DNA from: Felis catus
Lineage: Eukaryota
Reading direction: 5' to 3'
DNA length: 64,000 nucleotides
Assembly: GCF_018350175.1 (NCBI RefSeq)
Contig: NC_058368.1
Coordinates: forward strand, 226,860,001 to 226,924,000
The notes beneath the pieces were generated by a model. It worked only from the letters and a program-made list of their open reading frames with translations, was not told the DNA's origin and made no database searches. Of this stretch, positions 25,141 to 38,451 are shown piece after piece; within the stretch, counting starts at the first letter, position 1, and every line of letters begins with the position of its first letter. The position numbers and the translations under genes are program-made.

Positions 25141-25343
25141 GGGGCGCCTGGGTGGCGCAGTCGGTTAAGCGTCCGACTTCAGCCAGGTCACGATCTCGCG
25201 GTCCGTGAGTTCGAGCCCCGCGTCGGGCTCTGGGCTGATGGCTCGGAGCCTGGAGCCTGTTTCCGATTCTGTGTCTCCCTCTCTCTCTGCCCCTCCCCCG
25301 TTCATGCTCTGTCTCTCTCTGTCCCAAAAAGAAATAAAGGTTG
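25141..25343 (+). mobile_element. Young felid SINE (SINEC_Fc-like) with almost no poly(A)
   Basis: Diagnostic ggcgcag / cagccaggtcacgatctcgcgg / tgggctgatgg; perfect TSD aagaagagaccttgaga. Confidence 0.97.
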
Positions 25344-26230
25344 AAGAAGAGACCTTGAGAGCTGGCTGTGAGGAGAATCTGCATCTCTTTGTATGCAGTG
25401 GTCTCAGGTGAAGTCACTGAAGGGTCACCAAACAAGGTGGGGGGGGGGGGGTGGGGAACAATGGAGGAAATGTCTCAACAGGGCTTGCTGCTTTGGTGAT
25501 ACCAGGGGATCAAAATATTCAAAGTCATTGGAATCCCTCCAAACGTTACCATTCCAGTTCTCAGGATCCCATTCTTGCCTACTCCCTAATTTTCACATGA
25601 GACCTGGTGAAACTGTGAAGTCAAATGGTGTTTAATTTCTGCAACCTACAGGATCAACCTTGAGTTTGGGTTTTGGATGCATTGGTCCTATAACTGTAAG
25701 AACTACGAAATGTTTTTAGGGCAGTTATAGAAGCTCTCCACTTCTCTGAACTATAAACTTGCCATATTCTGACTGGAACCTCTCTACGGCAATAAGCAGT
25801 AGCTAAAGCATTCCAGAGTCTGTATAACAACCATTTCCACTGTAACATCTTATTGGAATAGTCACTTGACCTTCCAGTGTCTTCCCTCTTAATAGGCATA
25901 GTTGTGAGTGTCTTGAGAGGTTACTTTAAGCAAATATTTTGTCTATGTCTGCTGTGAACTATCAACAACCCATTTTTCTATGGCAATGAGATCATTACTG
26001 CCTTCAAATCTAATCCAGTCAGATAACCCATCCCAGATTCCCACCTATGAGGTTCCGTGTATGATCAAACTTTGGTACCAAATTCTGCGTCCAAGAGCGT
26101 CAGTGAGGAAACTGGAAACCACTGTTGATATTGTAAGCATTAGAGGTTGCATCGTCATTGGGAAGACTGGAGGAGTAAAATTCAAGGAAGCTGCTACTAG
26201 CGAGAGAAGATCAAAAGTACTGGGATCCCA

Positions 26231-26457
26231 GGGGCACGTGGGTGGCTCAGTGGGTTAAACGTCTGACTTCAGCCCAGGTCATGATCTCATGGTTCATGGG
26301 TTCAAGCCCCACATCAGGCTCTGTGCTGACAGCTCAGAGCCTGAAACCTTCTTCAGATTCTATGTCTCCCTCTCTCTGCCCCTCCCCCACTCACACTCTG
26401 TCTCTCTCTCAAAAAATAAATAAACATTAAATTTGTTTTTAATTAAAAAAAAAAAAG
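26231..26457 (+). mobile_element. Can-SINE inside the ERVL 5' LTR
   Basis: SINE body; tgggatcccag repeated at both sides. Confidence 0.95.
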
Positions 26458-28312
26458 AGTGGGATCCCAGACAACAGGCACTGATGAGCTTAGATGCTCA
26501 TGACACTGCAGTAAGTGATTCTCAGAGGTCACCAAGAAGCTGTTGGAAACCTCCCACAGCAATTTGTCACTATAGAAGCTTCTTCTTGTCTACATCCCAG
26601 ATCTCACTGAGAACTCTCAAGGACAGAAACTAAATGGGACCCTGGTGGCAAGGAAATCTAGGGCTTTCCACTCCTGCATTATGGAGAGGTGCTTGGAAGG
26701 CAGGGACAGTACGGAGTTTTAACATATAGCGTCTGACACAATGACCGTGAATAGAAAATAAAATGTCAAAAATTGACTTCTTTTCAGATTGTTTCAAATC
26801 AAATGAACTGATCATAGTCAAATATGAATTCAATGCTATCAATCTTAGCTGGATGAATTTGGGCAATATTCTTCATCTTTAAACTTTCATTTCCTCCTCT
26901 ATAATTGGAGTTAATTATGATGAAATTTCTTAATTTTGTTGAGAAGATTTAGTATGTATAGAACGGGCCTGAAATAAATGTAAGCAATTCGTGTTGAATA
27001 ATATGATACAATAATATTTCTTTTGTTTATACGAATGCTTTGCATGTAAATGCATGTCTGTACATATTATGTTTTATGTTGCAATAAAAAGGCGCCATTT
27101 TAGAGCTAGAAATAATTTTATTTAAATGACATAGGCAGAAAATCTAAAATATAAATAAGAAAAACTTTGTCACACAGAGATTGAATACCACATCAATAAC
27201 AATGTAGCTGAACTCGGGCCATCTGCCTTACAGTACCTTATTTTATTTACAAATATAGATTTGTGATGATATCAGCACTATATTTTTGTGCCTGGTTTAT
27301 AATACATTCCTAAACCAAACTCGAATCATTAATTCTGAATGCTCTGCCTTAGAAAAATGATACCATATGGATCACGAAAACATGATTTATGTTAGTTTTA
27401 AAGCCAGAAATTAAGTAGACATTAACTTTGATAATTCCAATTCAAGATGTGATATTTATTCCAACTTAAAACTCCTAAGGGATTCATTCTGGAATTACAT
27501 GGGCAAGTCACATAGTATCTTCAGGCTGTGTTATTGAAATCAAGATTGATAGGTAAAATTTTATGTTTTTTACCTCTATAAAAAAGGCTTTATCTGATGT
27601 TAAATGGTTTGTCTTATTGGGAAACTTTCTACTTTATTACCCATCTGATAATCTGAATTAGTCATCATTGAGTTGTAAACAGAACTACATATTTTATAAC
27701 TTTGTTCTTTTTTCTTCTATTTAAAGTTTTTCCAATTATAGTCGTGGTCTAGAATGAAAAGCAAGCAAATGTGTGCGTGTAATTAATTGCGTAATAAACT
27801 TTTACAGTCAGCTATTTAATTATTCCTCTTTCCTATTTTCAGCTTATTATCTCTAGTTACATGCTCCAAACGTTTTAGGGAAGCTATTTTTCAGTGTAAT
27901 GGATTTTTTTTTCTTAAGCAAGAGGCAGCAAAATACAAAATACATTCATTGTGTTCTGAAGGCAACATTTTGAAGGGAGGAAATATTACTTATTGATGTA
28001 TAAATTGCCCCTTATTATCCTACTTCACAAATGTTGTTTTATTTCTACAATGACATCAGACAGGAATGTGTAGTAGAAACATCTCTGTCAATATGAAATC
28101 CCAGACCAAGCTTTACAGAGACGCAGATGTAGCTCTACAATTGGTTTGTCCCAGGATCTAATAGAATGCCTAAATGTATGTCATCAATGAGTTAAAAGGG
28201 GATATATACTCTTAGAAGAGTGCAATGGTATCTGGCAAATGGAACCCCTCATTTTAAGATAAAAGCCATCCCCAAGAAGATCAGAATCTCTGTCCGTATA
28301 CAACATTAATAG

Positions 28313-28316
<4 letters not shown>

Positions 28317-28366
<50 letters not shown>

Positions 28367-28443
28367 TCAACCTCTCCCTCTCTCTCTATCATCTCTATCT
28401 CTATCTCTATCTATCTCTATTTCTATCTCTACCTCTATCTCTT
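28317..28443. repeat. Compound (CT)n / (CTCTAT)n microsatellite
   Basis: About 23 perfect TC units, then tctcta hexamer repeats. Confidence 0.95.
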
Positions 28444-31340
28444 TCAAGTAATCAGGTATCAGATAATGATAAAACCATTTTGCTTTGGATTTACCCTTGG
28501 GAACTTCCATACCCACTAAACTCTTTTTCCCACTCAAGAGAGGTAGATGGGTGGACTTCTCAGGTGTCTCACAAGCTGCAATCAGTCAGTATTTGCAATC
28601 CCACCTGTTTCCTGTGTATCTGTGTACTTGGCACCCTTGTTAGTTACCTTTACACCATCATCGTCCTAGCCAACAACAATGCCACTGGCTCGCTAGGCTT
28701 TCTGGGACAGCCTCCCCAACTTCATCCCTCCATAGCTGCTAAAAGTCTGCCCTTTCTTCAGGACATCTCTGTGCCAGGCAATGAAACTGAGTTGCATGGA
28801 GTATCTATTTTTGCTTCCATATCAATGGTACTAGAATGTGAGCACTGTAACCTTGGGCCATTTTGATGGCTGTTTAATTTCAGATGCAAAGCCTGGGCAA
28901 GAACAAGGAATAAGTTTGGTCCTCTTTGTCCCTCCCTTCTATGACATGACAGGTGTAACACTTTCTCATCTCTGTTCCCCCCCGGCCCCAGCCTTAAAAG
29001 TCAACTCACGTGCTCTCAAGAATCCAGTCTTTTTTATGTTCACTTATCAACCACTTCTTAAATAATTCGACAGCAAATTTACCCCAAATTTTGTATTTCC
29101 TAGGGAATTTGCTCTAACGGCAGAGACACTGAAGTGCCTACTGAATTTATAGCATAGCTTAGGACTTTATTTTACATTTACTTGAAAGTATTAATTTCTG
29201 CCATATTAAGAGGAGATTTTCCAGAAAAGAGACTCTAGGTGCTACTCAAAATATTCTCCATTTCCTTTATTTTAGCATCTTGTAGCTCTAGGCAGGCTAA
29301 TTACACAGGGAAGAATAGGATGGAAGAAATACAATATTGAAACATTTGTGTTATAAAGACCTCACCTGCAAAACTGACATTTAATTCTTAGTTTCTCTTC
29401 CATCATCTGGGAATCAGTCAATCACTTTCATTAGTTTGGTAAAATCATTAAGGGCAAGAACCACATTCTCTTTATTTTCATATGACCCAACAGAACTTAA
29501 TAATATCCCATGCAAATAATGGAAATTAGGTTAAAGACATAGAAATAATTAGAAAAATAATTTATCAGTTATAGACTATCTTCATGCTTCTTGTATTCAT
29601 AAAGACACTTAGTAGCATTGTGTGTGACAGAAAAAATGTTTCCGACATTGACAGTAGAGGTCTTGTCTGCATTGTTTCCTGTTGTATTCCCATTACTCAC
29701 ACCAGTTGCTGGTACGCAATAAATGCCCAATTATTGAATAAATAAATAAGAGATGATGGTTCTTTGTTGAATAAAGATGCTATTACAACCATTTTATTTT
29801 GGGCAAAGAAGATACTAACATTGCACCTGCTGTTAGCATCTCTTTTGTGTCATGCTTCACATAGTATCTTGACCTACATTTCCTTAAAAAATAAAAATGT
29901 AAGTTTAAAGACTTGTGTAATTCTCTTAAATAGATATTTAGGAAAACATATTTATTGATATATGATCTTTCTGTTTCTCTTCTGATTCACATTTAAGGAG
30001 AAACTACTTTTAAATTTTTGTCTGCTTGCTTCAAACCTGAAGACATCGGGAAGTAAAACAGAGGTATTGGGCTTGGTCAACCATTCACAGGAGTAAAAAA
30101 CCACTCAGTCTTCCTTACTAAAGGGATAGAGAATGCTTCCAAGCAAACAAGTAAGCAGTCTGGCGCAAATCAGAGCTTGCATTTACAAACATGACATGCA
30201 AAGTCAAATATCACACAACTGTTTAATCACTTCACATATAAAAAAGTAGAACACAAATAATTTCTGCTCCTTACTCCGGGTCAGTTTCCAGGCTTCCAGA
30301 CTCATTTCTTGACTTTGTCTTGGCGATTCCATAGATGAGTCATTTGGTTGCCTGTTCTGGTAACCATGGGGCCCTGAATTTTCAGCCACCCCTAATTAAT
30401 CTAGGCACGGCACCCCCAGCACCCAGCCAGAGCCTTGCCTGGGATAGGAACTCAGTAAATGGCTTCTACTTGAATTGAGCTGCCATGATCACTAGATCAT
30501 CAATGATAGAGCGTTAACTTCCATGTTCCTTCCTTTCCCTCTTGCCCTTCGTTATACAGGGAAGAATTAAGGAAGGTTGTTCCCTCTATCCAAATATATA
30601 TGCAAGGATCACATGTATTTGACAAATATAAAATAAAGTGAGCAAAGGAGAGATTTTTTAGAAGGATAATATTTCCCAGTCTAATGAATAACAGAATTGG
30701 TCCCAAGTGGAATTCAAATGGCTTAGATTTCAGAAAGACAAACTAGTTCTCAAATTATTTTTCTTCTGGGCCTGTCAATCAATTGTAGTCCAGTTTATCT
30801 CTCCATAGTTACTTTTTAAAATCAGGATGATAAACAAGTGTGGATCCAGAAGTTATCTTAGAGATTCTTTCCCCAATCCTGCTATCTAATCAGTTCCCAG
30901 ATGGCGTAAATCCTACTTCTTAATGTCTCTTAAGCTTCCCCCCCTCAACTGCCACTGCCTAATCTCAGAGCCTTATCAAATCTAGCTGCTTTCTTATTCT
31001 TCCTGAATCTAGTTTCACGTATGCTCGTCTCAGCCTCAAATCTATATCCAGAATAATTTTTTTAGAATCCGAATCAATCATGTCACTCTTCCGCTTAAAA
31101 TGTCTGAGTGTGTCCAGGGAACTGTGCAGTGAGTTCCCTGGTAAGATGTTATGTCAGAGGATAGTGTCTGGAGGGTGAAACTGGCTGACACTCTGTGGAC
31201 AGGAAAGGCGAATACAAAACTGTTACGATGCATGAAACATTAAAGCAAAAACTTGCAATGCCCCAAGACGGAGGCTCACCATGAAATAGATTGGCTACGA
31301 CCCAAAGATGGGATACTATACTGTCATTAAAAATCATTTT

Positions 31341-31543
31341 GGGGCACCTGGGTGGCTCAATCATGTAAGCGTCTGACTCTTCACTGCGGATCAGGACATG
31401 ATCCCAGGAACTTGGCATTAAACCCCGTGTTGGGCTCCGCACTGAGCGTGGAGCTTGCTTGAGATTCTCTCTCTCTCTCTGCCCTTACCCCCTGACTCGA
31501 GCTCTCTGTCTCTCGCAAGTAAAGAAATAAATAAAAATATTTT
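31341..31543 (+). mobile_element. Older Can-SINE
   Basis: ggggcacctgggtggctca head, older body (gggctccgcactgagcgtggagcttgcttgagattctc), A-rich tail. Confidence 0.92.
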
Positions 31544-31974
31544 AAGAAGTCACTTTGAAGCTGAATATTTGATGATCTTTGGAAATATCCTTAAGATAAT
31601 TTTGTAAGAAACAAAAACAGGTTGGTTATTCCTTCAAATTATTTCTGAATTGAATTTATGATCTTGGCACACAGCTTGGTAATAGGTTTTAGAAAGAGGA
31701 GGAAACTTTCTGAATTGAGCAACTGTGTCATTACCAGTGCCATTTTGCTGAGAAAAAAAAAAAAGAGGGAGAGAGAGAGAGAGAGACAAGTAGGAAGTTT
31801 CTAAGGAAATGTTAAATTCCATCGCAGAACAACTGACATTTCTTTTAAAACTCTGAAATGGGTAACAGGAAGAACGTAGCTACAATATTCTCCTTTAAAG
31901 CCATTGTATCATTCAAAGGGCTAAAGCTTAACTAGCACCTTTCGGTTATAGAAGCTGGTAGAATTCGGGCAGAC

Positions 31975-32160
31975 TGGACCGGATGGTCTGGGTTCCAGTG
32001 AACTGCCCTAGTTCAAGTCCCAGCTCTAATGCTTCTTAGCTCCCACCTGGCCTTGGGCTACTTCTATTTCATTAACCACCCTGTATCCTATTGTCCTCAT
32101 CTATACAATGCAGATGATAACAGTATCTCCTTCGAGACTTGCTGTTCAAAGCACTTAGAC
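31975..32160 (+). mobile_element. MIR
   Basis: gttcaagtcccagctct...ccttgggc...tcctcatctatacaatg..gataacagta. Confidence 0.7.
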
Positions 32161-32362
32161 CAGTGATTCTCAACAGAGGCTCTACATTCTGCGGGGTTCC
32201 TTTGGCAACATCCGGATACATCTTTGGTTGTCCCAACTGGGATGTGGCATGCTACCGGTATTTAGTGGATAGAGGCCCAGGCATGGTGTAAGCATCTTAC
32301 AATGCACATGAAGGTCACCTGACTCCATCCAATGTCAACAGCACCAAGGTTGAGAAATCCTG
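32161..32362 (+). mobile_element. MER20 inserted in MIR
   Basis: TIRs cagtgattctcaac ... gttgagaaatcctg; 8-bp hAT-type TSD acttagac / gctcagac. Confidence 0.88.
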
Positions 32363-33446
32363 GCTCAGACAGAAGCTGTCAAATAGTAACCTCGAACAAC
32401 ATTAGTTATTATTCTTACATTCTCAGCCCATGTGCCTCTGGATTTATTTTTTCTCTACTGACATCATCAAACGATATCAGTGGAATTCCTATAATGCGAG
32501 TGTTCTCTTTGAACTAGTCTCCAGTTTGGGTCAACAAAGAATTTCATTCTTCTTCCTATAAAGCATCCTCACTGCCCCCTCCCTGGGAGAAAACATAGAA
32601 CCCCATCCTGTCACTACATTCAGCTCAGTGTCCAGGATCTGTGGGTACCACGCAGCTCTACCCATCACTGACCGGTCAGGTCCCCTATGAACTAAAGAGA
32701 CAAACCATCTGCCTCCCCCACCACATGCCCCACACATGAAACCTAATCAGTGCTTCTCAAACTGCCTGTGAAGAGGGACTGGCTTTGCTTGCTTGTTTGT
32801 TAGTTTTTTTCCTTAATCCATCAGGGACTGATACTTTAAAATTGTCAATTTAAATGAATTACTGGAAATATTTTTGTAAATACGTGCCAAATACAAACCC
32901 TGATCTCTTAGTATTAGATTCAACCCTCACAAAGTTACATTTCAGTAGATGAAGTGACAATAAACTTAGCACAATGAAACCAAAAGCCACCAAATTATAC
33001 CCATTGCTTATTGAAAGTGTATGCATGGGAGATTAATGTAGATCATTACTATTACCCTGGTTATAAGTAAAACAATGATACACTATTAAATACCTTTATA
33101 CAAACCTTGAACACTGTTCATAACAATATATGTAGCTTTAAATGTATAAAATGAGGCTGTATCTGGGTGGTTAATTCACTTTATGTAAGTTGGGTTGATC
33201 CAATACGTCTCAGGGGAGAATGTGTATCTAAATTGTTCTTGTGTTTTGTTTTAATCACCCTCCTGGTGGGGGAATCTTTTCCATAGTGGTGATGTTGATG
33301 GAAGCAGAAGAAAAGGTCTTAAAGCATATTTAGCAAGCTCGAGATATTAATTTTCCACTTTTATCAAAGAAAATAAGTAACATCATATTTTCTGTATCTG
33401 TTTCAATGATTTATCCGGTATAGTAACATTTAAATTATCTTTTGGT

Positions 33447-33640
33447 GGGACGCCTGAGTGGCTCAGTCTGCTAAGCATCCAACTTAGGCTCAGGTCTTGT
33501 CTCTCGGTTCATGAGTTCGAGCCCCACATTGCACTCTCTGCTGTCAGCATGGAGCCTGCTTCAGATCCTTGGCTCCCCTCTCTCTGCCCCTCCCCCCATG
33601 CTTTCTCTCTCTCTCTCAAAAATAAGTAAACATTAAAAAA
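33447..33640 (+). mobile_element. Can-SINE
   Basis: SINE body; TSD aattatcttttggt / aataatcttttggt-like. Confidence 0.95.
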
Positions 33641-34012
33641 ATAATCTTTTGGTAAAAAGAAATAGACCTTCTATGTATGTATTTTCTTTTAATGGAAGGC
33701 AAAAATTCAAATGTCCTATAACTCAGGCTATGCTCAACAGGTGGCTTCCAAAGTCACTGAGGACAGAGAGATAGAGAGAGAGGTGTGGCAGGATTATGGG
33801 CCAGATTTGCTGGCCGTATGTCAATTTGTCATATTCTTTTGGCGACAATGAACACCAGCTCTCCTAGATAGGTACTGTCAGGAGCTCTGTTATTCAGACC
33901 CGCTGTTATAAGCAGTCTGATCAAAGGGAGATACAGATGTGCTCCCAAATCAAAACGGGAAGTCAGAACTCTTTTCTGAAGGAGTTCATACCTGGAGGAA
34001 TTAGTTGCTCGT

Positions 34013-34297
34013 TGTTATGGACCGAATGAGTCCCCCCACCCAATTCATATGTGGAAGCCCTAACCCCCAATTCGGACCATATTAGAAGATGTGGAGGGAC
34101 CAGAGCCCTCCTCCCTCTACCATGTGAGGACACAGCGAGAAGGCGCCTGTGTGTAAGCCAGGAAGATGTTCTCACCAGGAAGAGAATAAGTGGGCACGTT
34201 AACCTTGGACTTCCAGCCTCCAAAACTGAAAAGGAAGTGTCTGTGGTTTAAGCAATCCGGTCAGTGGGCCTTTGTGATGGCAGCCCAGACTAGGACA
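34013..34297 (+). mobile_element. MaLR LTR (MLT1A/B-like) with internal deletion
   Basis: tgttatggaccgaatg...aattcatatgtggaagccctaaccccc...ccatgtgaggacacagcgagaagg...ttggacttccagcctccaaaactg. Confidence 0.85.
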
Positions 34298-35809
34298 CTG
34301 GTCTGGGGAAGAGGATGGACAGGGCAATGTGGCATGAAATGTGAATAGCAAGTAACCCCTGCGGCCCTGAGCTCTGAGATTCCATTTTCACAGCCACAAG
34401 GGTCCTCTGTGAATCAAGTGTTAAGACATATTTAAGGGTTCCCAGAAAGTGGAAGGCACAAAAATGGAAGGATAATTAGGAGACTGGGGTTACCTGTGTC
34501 AGGCCCTGTGCAATCACCATTCGGACTCTCCTTGTACCACAAAGCAAATTGCACCCCACCCTGTGGGGCTAATGGTGACTGACAGTTTTGACAATGGGCA
34601 ACCAACTGCTTTTTCCTAACTGAGTACATCCCATTGTAAAATACTCGTACAGTCACATGTCATCAAGCCAGTGTCCTAACTGGGGGGCCAAAACCTGTCA
34701 AAAGATTAAGCCTCCTGTCTTTGACCTAGGGTGTTTGTGTAGTTCTGCAGGTGCAAATCTCTCCTCTGTCTCTGGTAAGAAGCCCATGGTTTCGGGGTTA
34801 TTTGGCAGTTTCCCTTAAGGAGGTAGAAACTGAACGCTAACCATATCAAGACAAATCGTGGGCCCGTCAACCCTCTGAGACTTGGTGAACAGTTTCAATA
34901 CGTCTTAACTCTCCTTGACATTTGTTGCTCTTTCATTTCACTGAAGTTTCTATTGGCTTCCCTTCTAACACTATTTCCAAGTATTTCCAATACTTCACTC
35001 TCTGTGAAGTGATTTTGTAAGAAGAAAGAGAAAACCCTGCAAGGTAGACTTGAACTAAATACAGGCAACTTGTTAAATGTTTTCGATGCTAGAAGGATAA
35101 GGTTATTTTTCTAAAAGCCTGGAACTTTCTGGAATTTAAAAATTGTAGTTGCCACATTGAACTTATAGTTACCAAGGAGCAAATAATGCACTGCAAAGTT
35201 CCTAAATGATTGATTTCTCAGAATGCCTAGACTCAATATTGCTTTTGAGTTTTCAGATTCATTGTTTAATTGGGTCACGTTAAGAGAGCAAGATGTGTTT
35301 CACTACATAGATAGTAGAGTCTCTTTATAGTTTAACACTTGGGTTAGATCATTATTTCTCAGTAATGCACTCTGGAGTTGACTTCCCAAAAGCTGTATTT
35401 GAGTGGGCTTAGATATTAAACACTTGGTAAATTCTTTTTATGTTTCAGATCGCGTCCATGAACCGATATCAAATATAGCTTCCCAAGAGAGAACTCTGTA
35501 AAAGATGGTTCTCATATTCTTGCATTTCCTATGGTAACAAGAATCTTGATTTTCATATACAGAATTCACCAAGACCAGGGATATTTATATTGATAATAGC
35601 ATATAGCTTGCCTCAAACTAGAACTTCATGAAAGTGAATAATGGGATCCACTGAAAATGACCGAACTCATATTCTACGAAAACAACAGTTTTTAAAATGT
35701 AGTTCCAAGGCGTGTTAGTATTTTGAAACATTGACTACATTACTGTTGATTGTTGATATTTCCTCTACTCCTCAGCCCTCTTTGCATTCAGATGAGTACA
35801 CATTCAGCA

Positions 35810-36700
35810 TCATTGTCTTACAGAAAGGGAGCTGCAGCAGGAAACCAGGAGATCAGAGAACGTTGTCCTAGGTTGAGAAGCTCTAAGTTCAGGGAAAAGA
35901 TACAAATGTAGATTTGAGAGAATATCTGTTGAGAGAAAGTACATTTTTGACGCTATGCTCTCCCCTCCCCTCCTACTACAAACTAAGAAAAATATCTTTT
36001 GAATCTTTGGGGGTAGGAGAGATCCAGAAGAACAACAGTGAGATGCTTGTGGATCTGAAAGAAAGAGCATAGACTCTACCTATCTCCTCACTCCTCAGTT
36101 GTCGGCAGCAGAGGGGGATCCCACGTCCATTCCCAGAATGATCTGAGCAGGCAAGAAGATGCAGAGGTAACTAACAGTGGCCACAGAGGCATCTAAACAG
36201 ATGAGGCCCTACATAAACACAGGGTGTCTGTGGCCCAGGGTGGAGCATGAACAGCTGAAAAATTCCTGAGGGGGATTCTGGAGGTAGCCTCAGACGATGC
36301 CCAGTGACGTAGCATACCCAGAATGGCCCTGAAAAAACAGAGGGAAGGGTAATGCTAAGGGACCTTGAATTGGGCTTGAGAGGTGAGTTTGTAGTACCTT
36401 TGGATGGACCTCCAAGGACGGGGCAGGACAATAGTGCAGAGCAGATACTTAAGAGTGACCAGATAAGTGGGAAACTCTTCTTTCCGCCCAGTCTTACGGA
36501 AAACACCACACAGTCCCCTCAGTATGTAGGCACGTGTTTGGGGGAAAAGAAATAGAGGTGGTGAGGTACACCTGAATTGTCTGAGATTAAATTTCCACAA
36601 TCTGATGTAACGGGGGCTCTAAACAGAATTTAACGCATTTTAAAAAATAATTAAAAAAAATTAGAAACAACCTGAGTTTGTGATCTGAAATGCACACTTC
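35810..36700 (+). mobile_element. Ancient LTR-like element (possibly MamGypLTR-like)
   Basis: 3' part ctgagattaaatttcc...gggggctc..agaatttaa...aaaataa...acctgagtttgtga resembles ancient Gypsy-type LTR ends; body purine-rich. Weak recognition. Confidence 0.4.
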
Positions 36701-38451
36701 AGAATATATTTTTAAGTCTTCTGAACTCCTAGTTCCTCTTCACGATGGAGTATAATATGACTTTAATTAGGGCTAAAAGATACAAATGGTGTTGGTTGAG
36801 TCTGGACCCTATTCAGGGCGCCCTGAGGTGTTCTCGTCACACGTGTCAAGGTGTGGGATGGGCATAGCGAGCTTTGAGAATGTGCTACTAAGTCTTAGGA
36901 AATATATCCAACATATAGTCAAAGTACATCATTTATGGACTGAATCTTTGCCAGCTGATTCAATGGAAGGCTTCTCTTTCATCCAAAAGTCTATGCAAAA
37001 TCCTACCTCTGGCTGTGTTTCCTCATTGCATTTCTCTCTGATCTCAGGGTTCTGTGTCTGTCAGCTGTTTCATTCACTGTGGAAACCAGTGCACTCTCTC
37101 TTTCTCTCTCTGGCAGCTGTGTTCTCTCGATAGTATCATCCGTCTTCCACAGGCTGTGGTGATAGGATCGGGTTTTAAACTCTTTTGGCAGAAAGAGTCA
37201 CTTCCTGCCTGGGGAGAAAGATGAAAGTGAATCCCGCACTGTGCAGAAACAGGGACGCCATGACACTTCCCACCGCCCCACCGCACTCACTCAGAGCTTC
37301 ACTGCCTCGGCCCTTCTTGACCTGGACCATCTGAGCTGCATTCGCTTCTCAGCTCAAGTCACATCCGTCCCAGGAAAGGCGATTTCTAAATACTCAGAAG
37401 CTCTACTTTACAGGAAGAAAAGTTGAGGTTAGTTACTGCATCTCCCACTGTTATCTGCCTGTGTTTTAATATGACACCCTCAGTAACTGAAATGTGTGTG
37501 CACCATACATTAAAAAATAATTGCCATAAAATCTCTCGTGAAATCATTCCACGTGGCTATCTTAGAGAAAAAGGTGTTGTTAGAGTCGTTGGTTAGTGGA
37601 ATGTAAAGGAAGATCCCCATTCCTGGCTCCTTTCTGTAACTTGACTTCAAATCAATACAAATCATGGAGGCAGTTCAGAATCTGTAGTCTCCACATATAG
37701 AAAACAGCCCAGGGAAGATCAATAACCAAAGGCAGTTGAATGTGTGGCTGTGGAAAGAGTCCTGAGGAGAAATAAGGACACTCAAGTCTCATGCCAGAGC
37801 CACCCGTGTAGATCTTTCTCTTGCTTTCTTTTATGCCTGCTGCCCATAGGGATTTGGGGGTTATCACTCAACAGTTTCACTTCTTTGGAGTCTTTATTCA
37901 ATTCCTTCCAAAGCCAGGAGTTTGTGGGGAGCATGAAGACCCTACTTCCAGATCACTAGCTCTCCTTATTCATGCCGACAGAGGTAAGAACCCTACATAT
38001 GAAGGATCTGACCTTTAACAAGTGGACATGATGAGTCTCGCTGATGGTAAGAACATCCTACACTTCTGGACTGTAGCCACCCCCGGCCGCTACCCATCAA
38101 TCCTTCGTGAGATCCCTTGGTGGTATGGGAGGACCAGGAAGATAGATTCATGACCCTAAATAGAAGCTGAGAGAAGAGCCCAAACGGGTGGTTTCCGTGT
38201 AGACTCGGTTCCTTTCCCAGGCTCTGAGCTTAAGTAGACAATGATAAGATGCACAATGTGGATGGAACTAAAGCCAGACTCAGAAGTAAGTAGGCAGGCA
38301 GTTGCTGGAACCAACCCTTCGCAGGGAACCTGAGATTGAAAGAAGATGTCCCTGATCTCTAGAGTAGATCCAGTTCACTTGAGAGAACCCTATAACTGAG
38401 GGATCAGGGCTGAATTGGTCTGGACCATAGATAAGAAATTAGGTGCAGCTA

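Larger units (their letters stand above)
20067..26740 (-). mobile_element. Near full-length degenerate ERVL provirus with two LTRs and four inserted SINEs
   Basis: Related LTR-like ends at ~20067-20520 and 26086-26740. PBS-like TGGTACCAAAGT(-) at ~26069-26080. Gag remnant in ORF 25654-25899, RT ~23100-23660 (IVHSLDDI at the YIDD position), RNase H ~22570-22670, integrase QVHYIRTLLSWRGQCRVLT (ORF 21838-22059), dUTPase-like MLPVPIMLGSEDSDILVPK..PGHIGL at ~21470-21600. Confidence 0.85.

Noticed and set aside
35430..35550. Exon-like segment after tttttatgtttcag (35449-35543)
   Set aside because: Stops in all three frames and a weak donor; a non-coding exon cannot be supported without RNA data.
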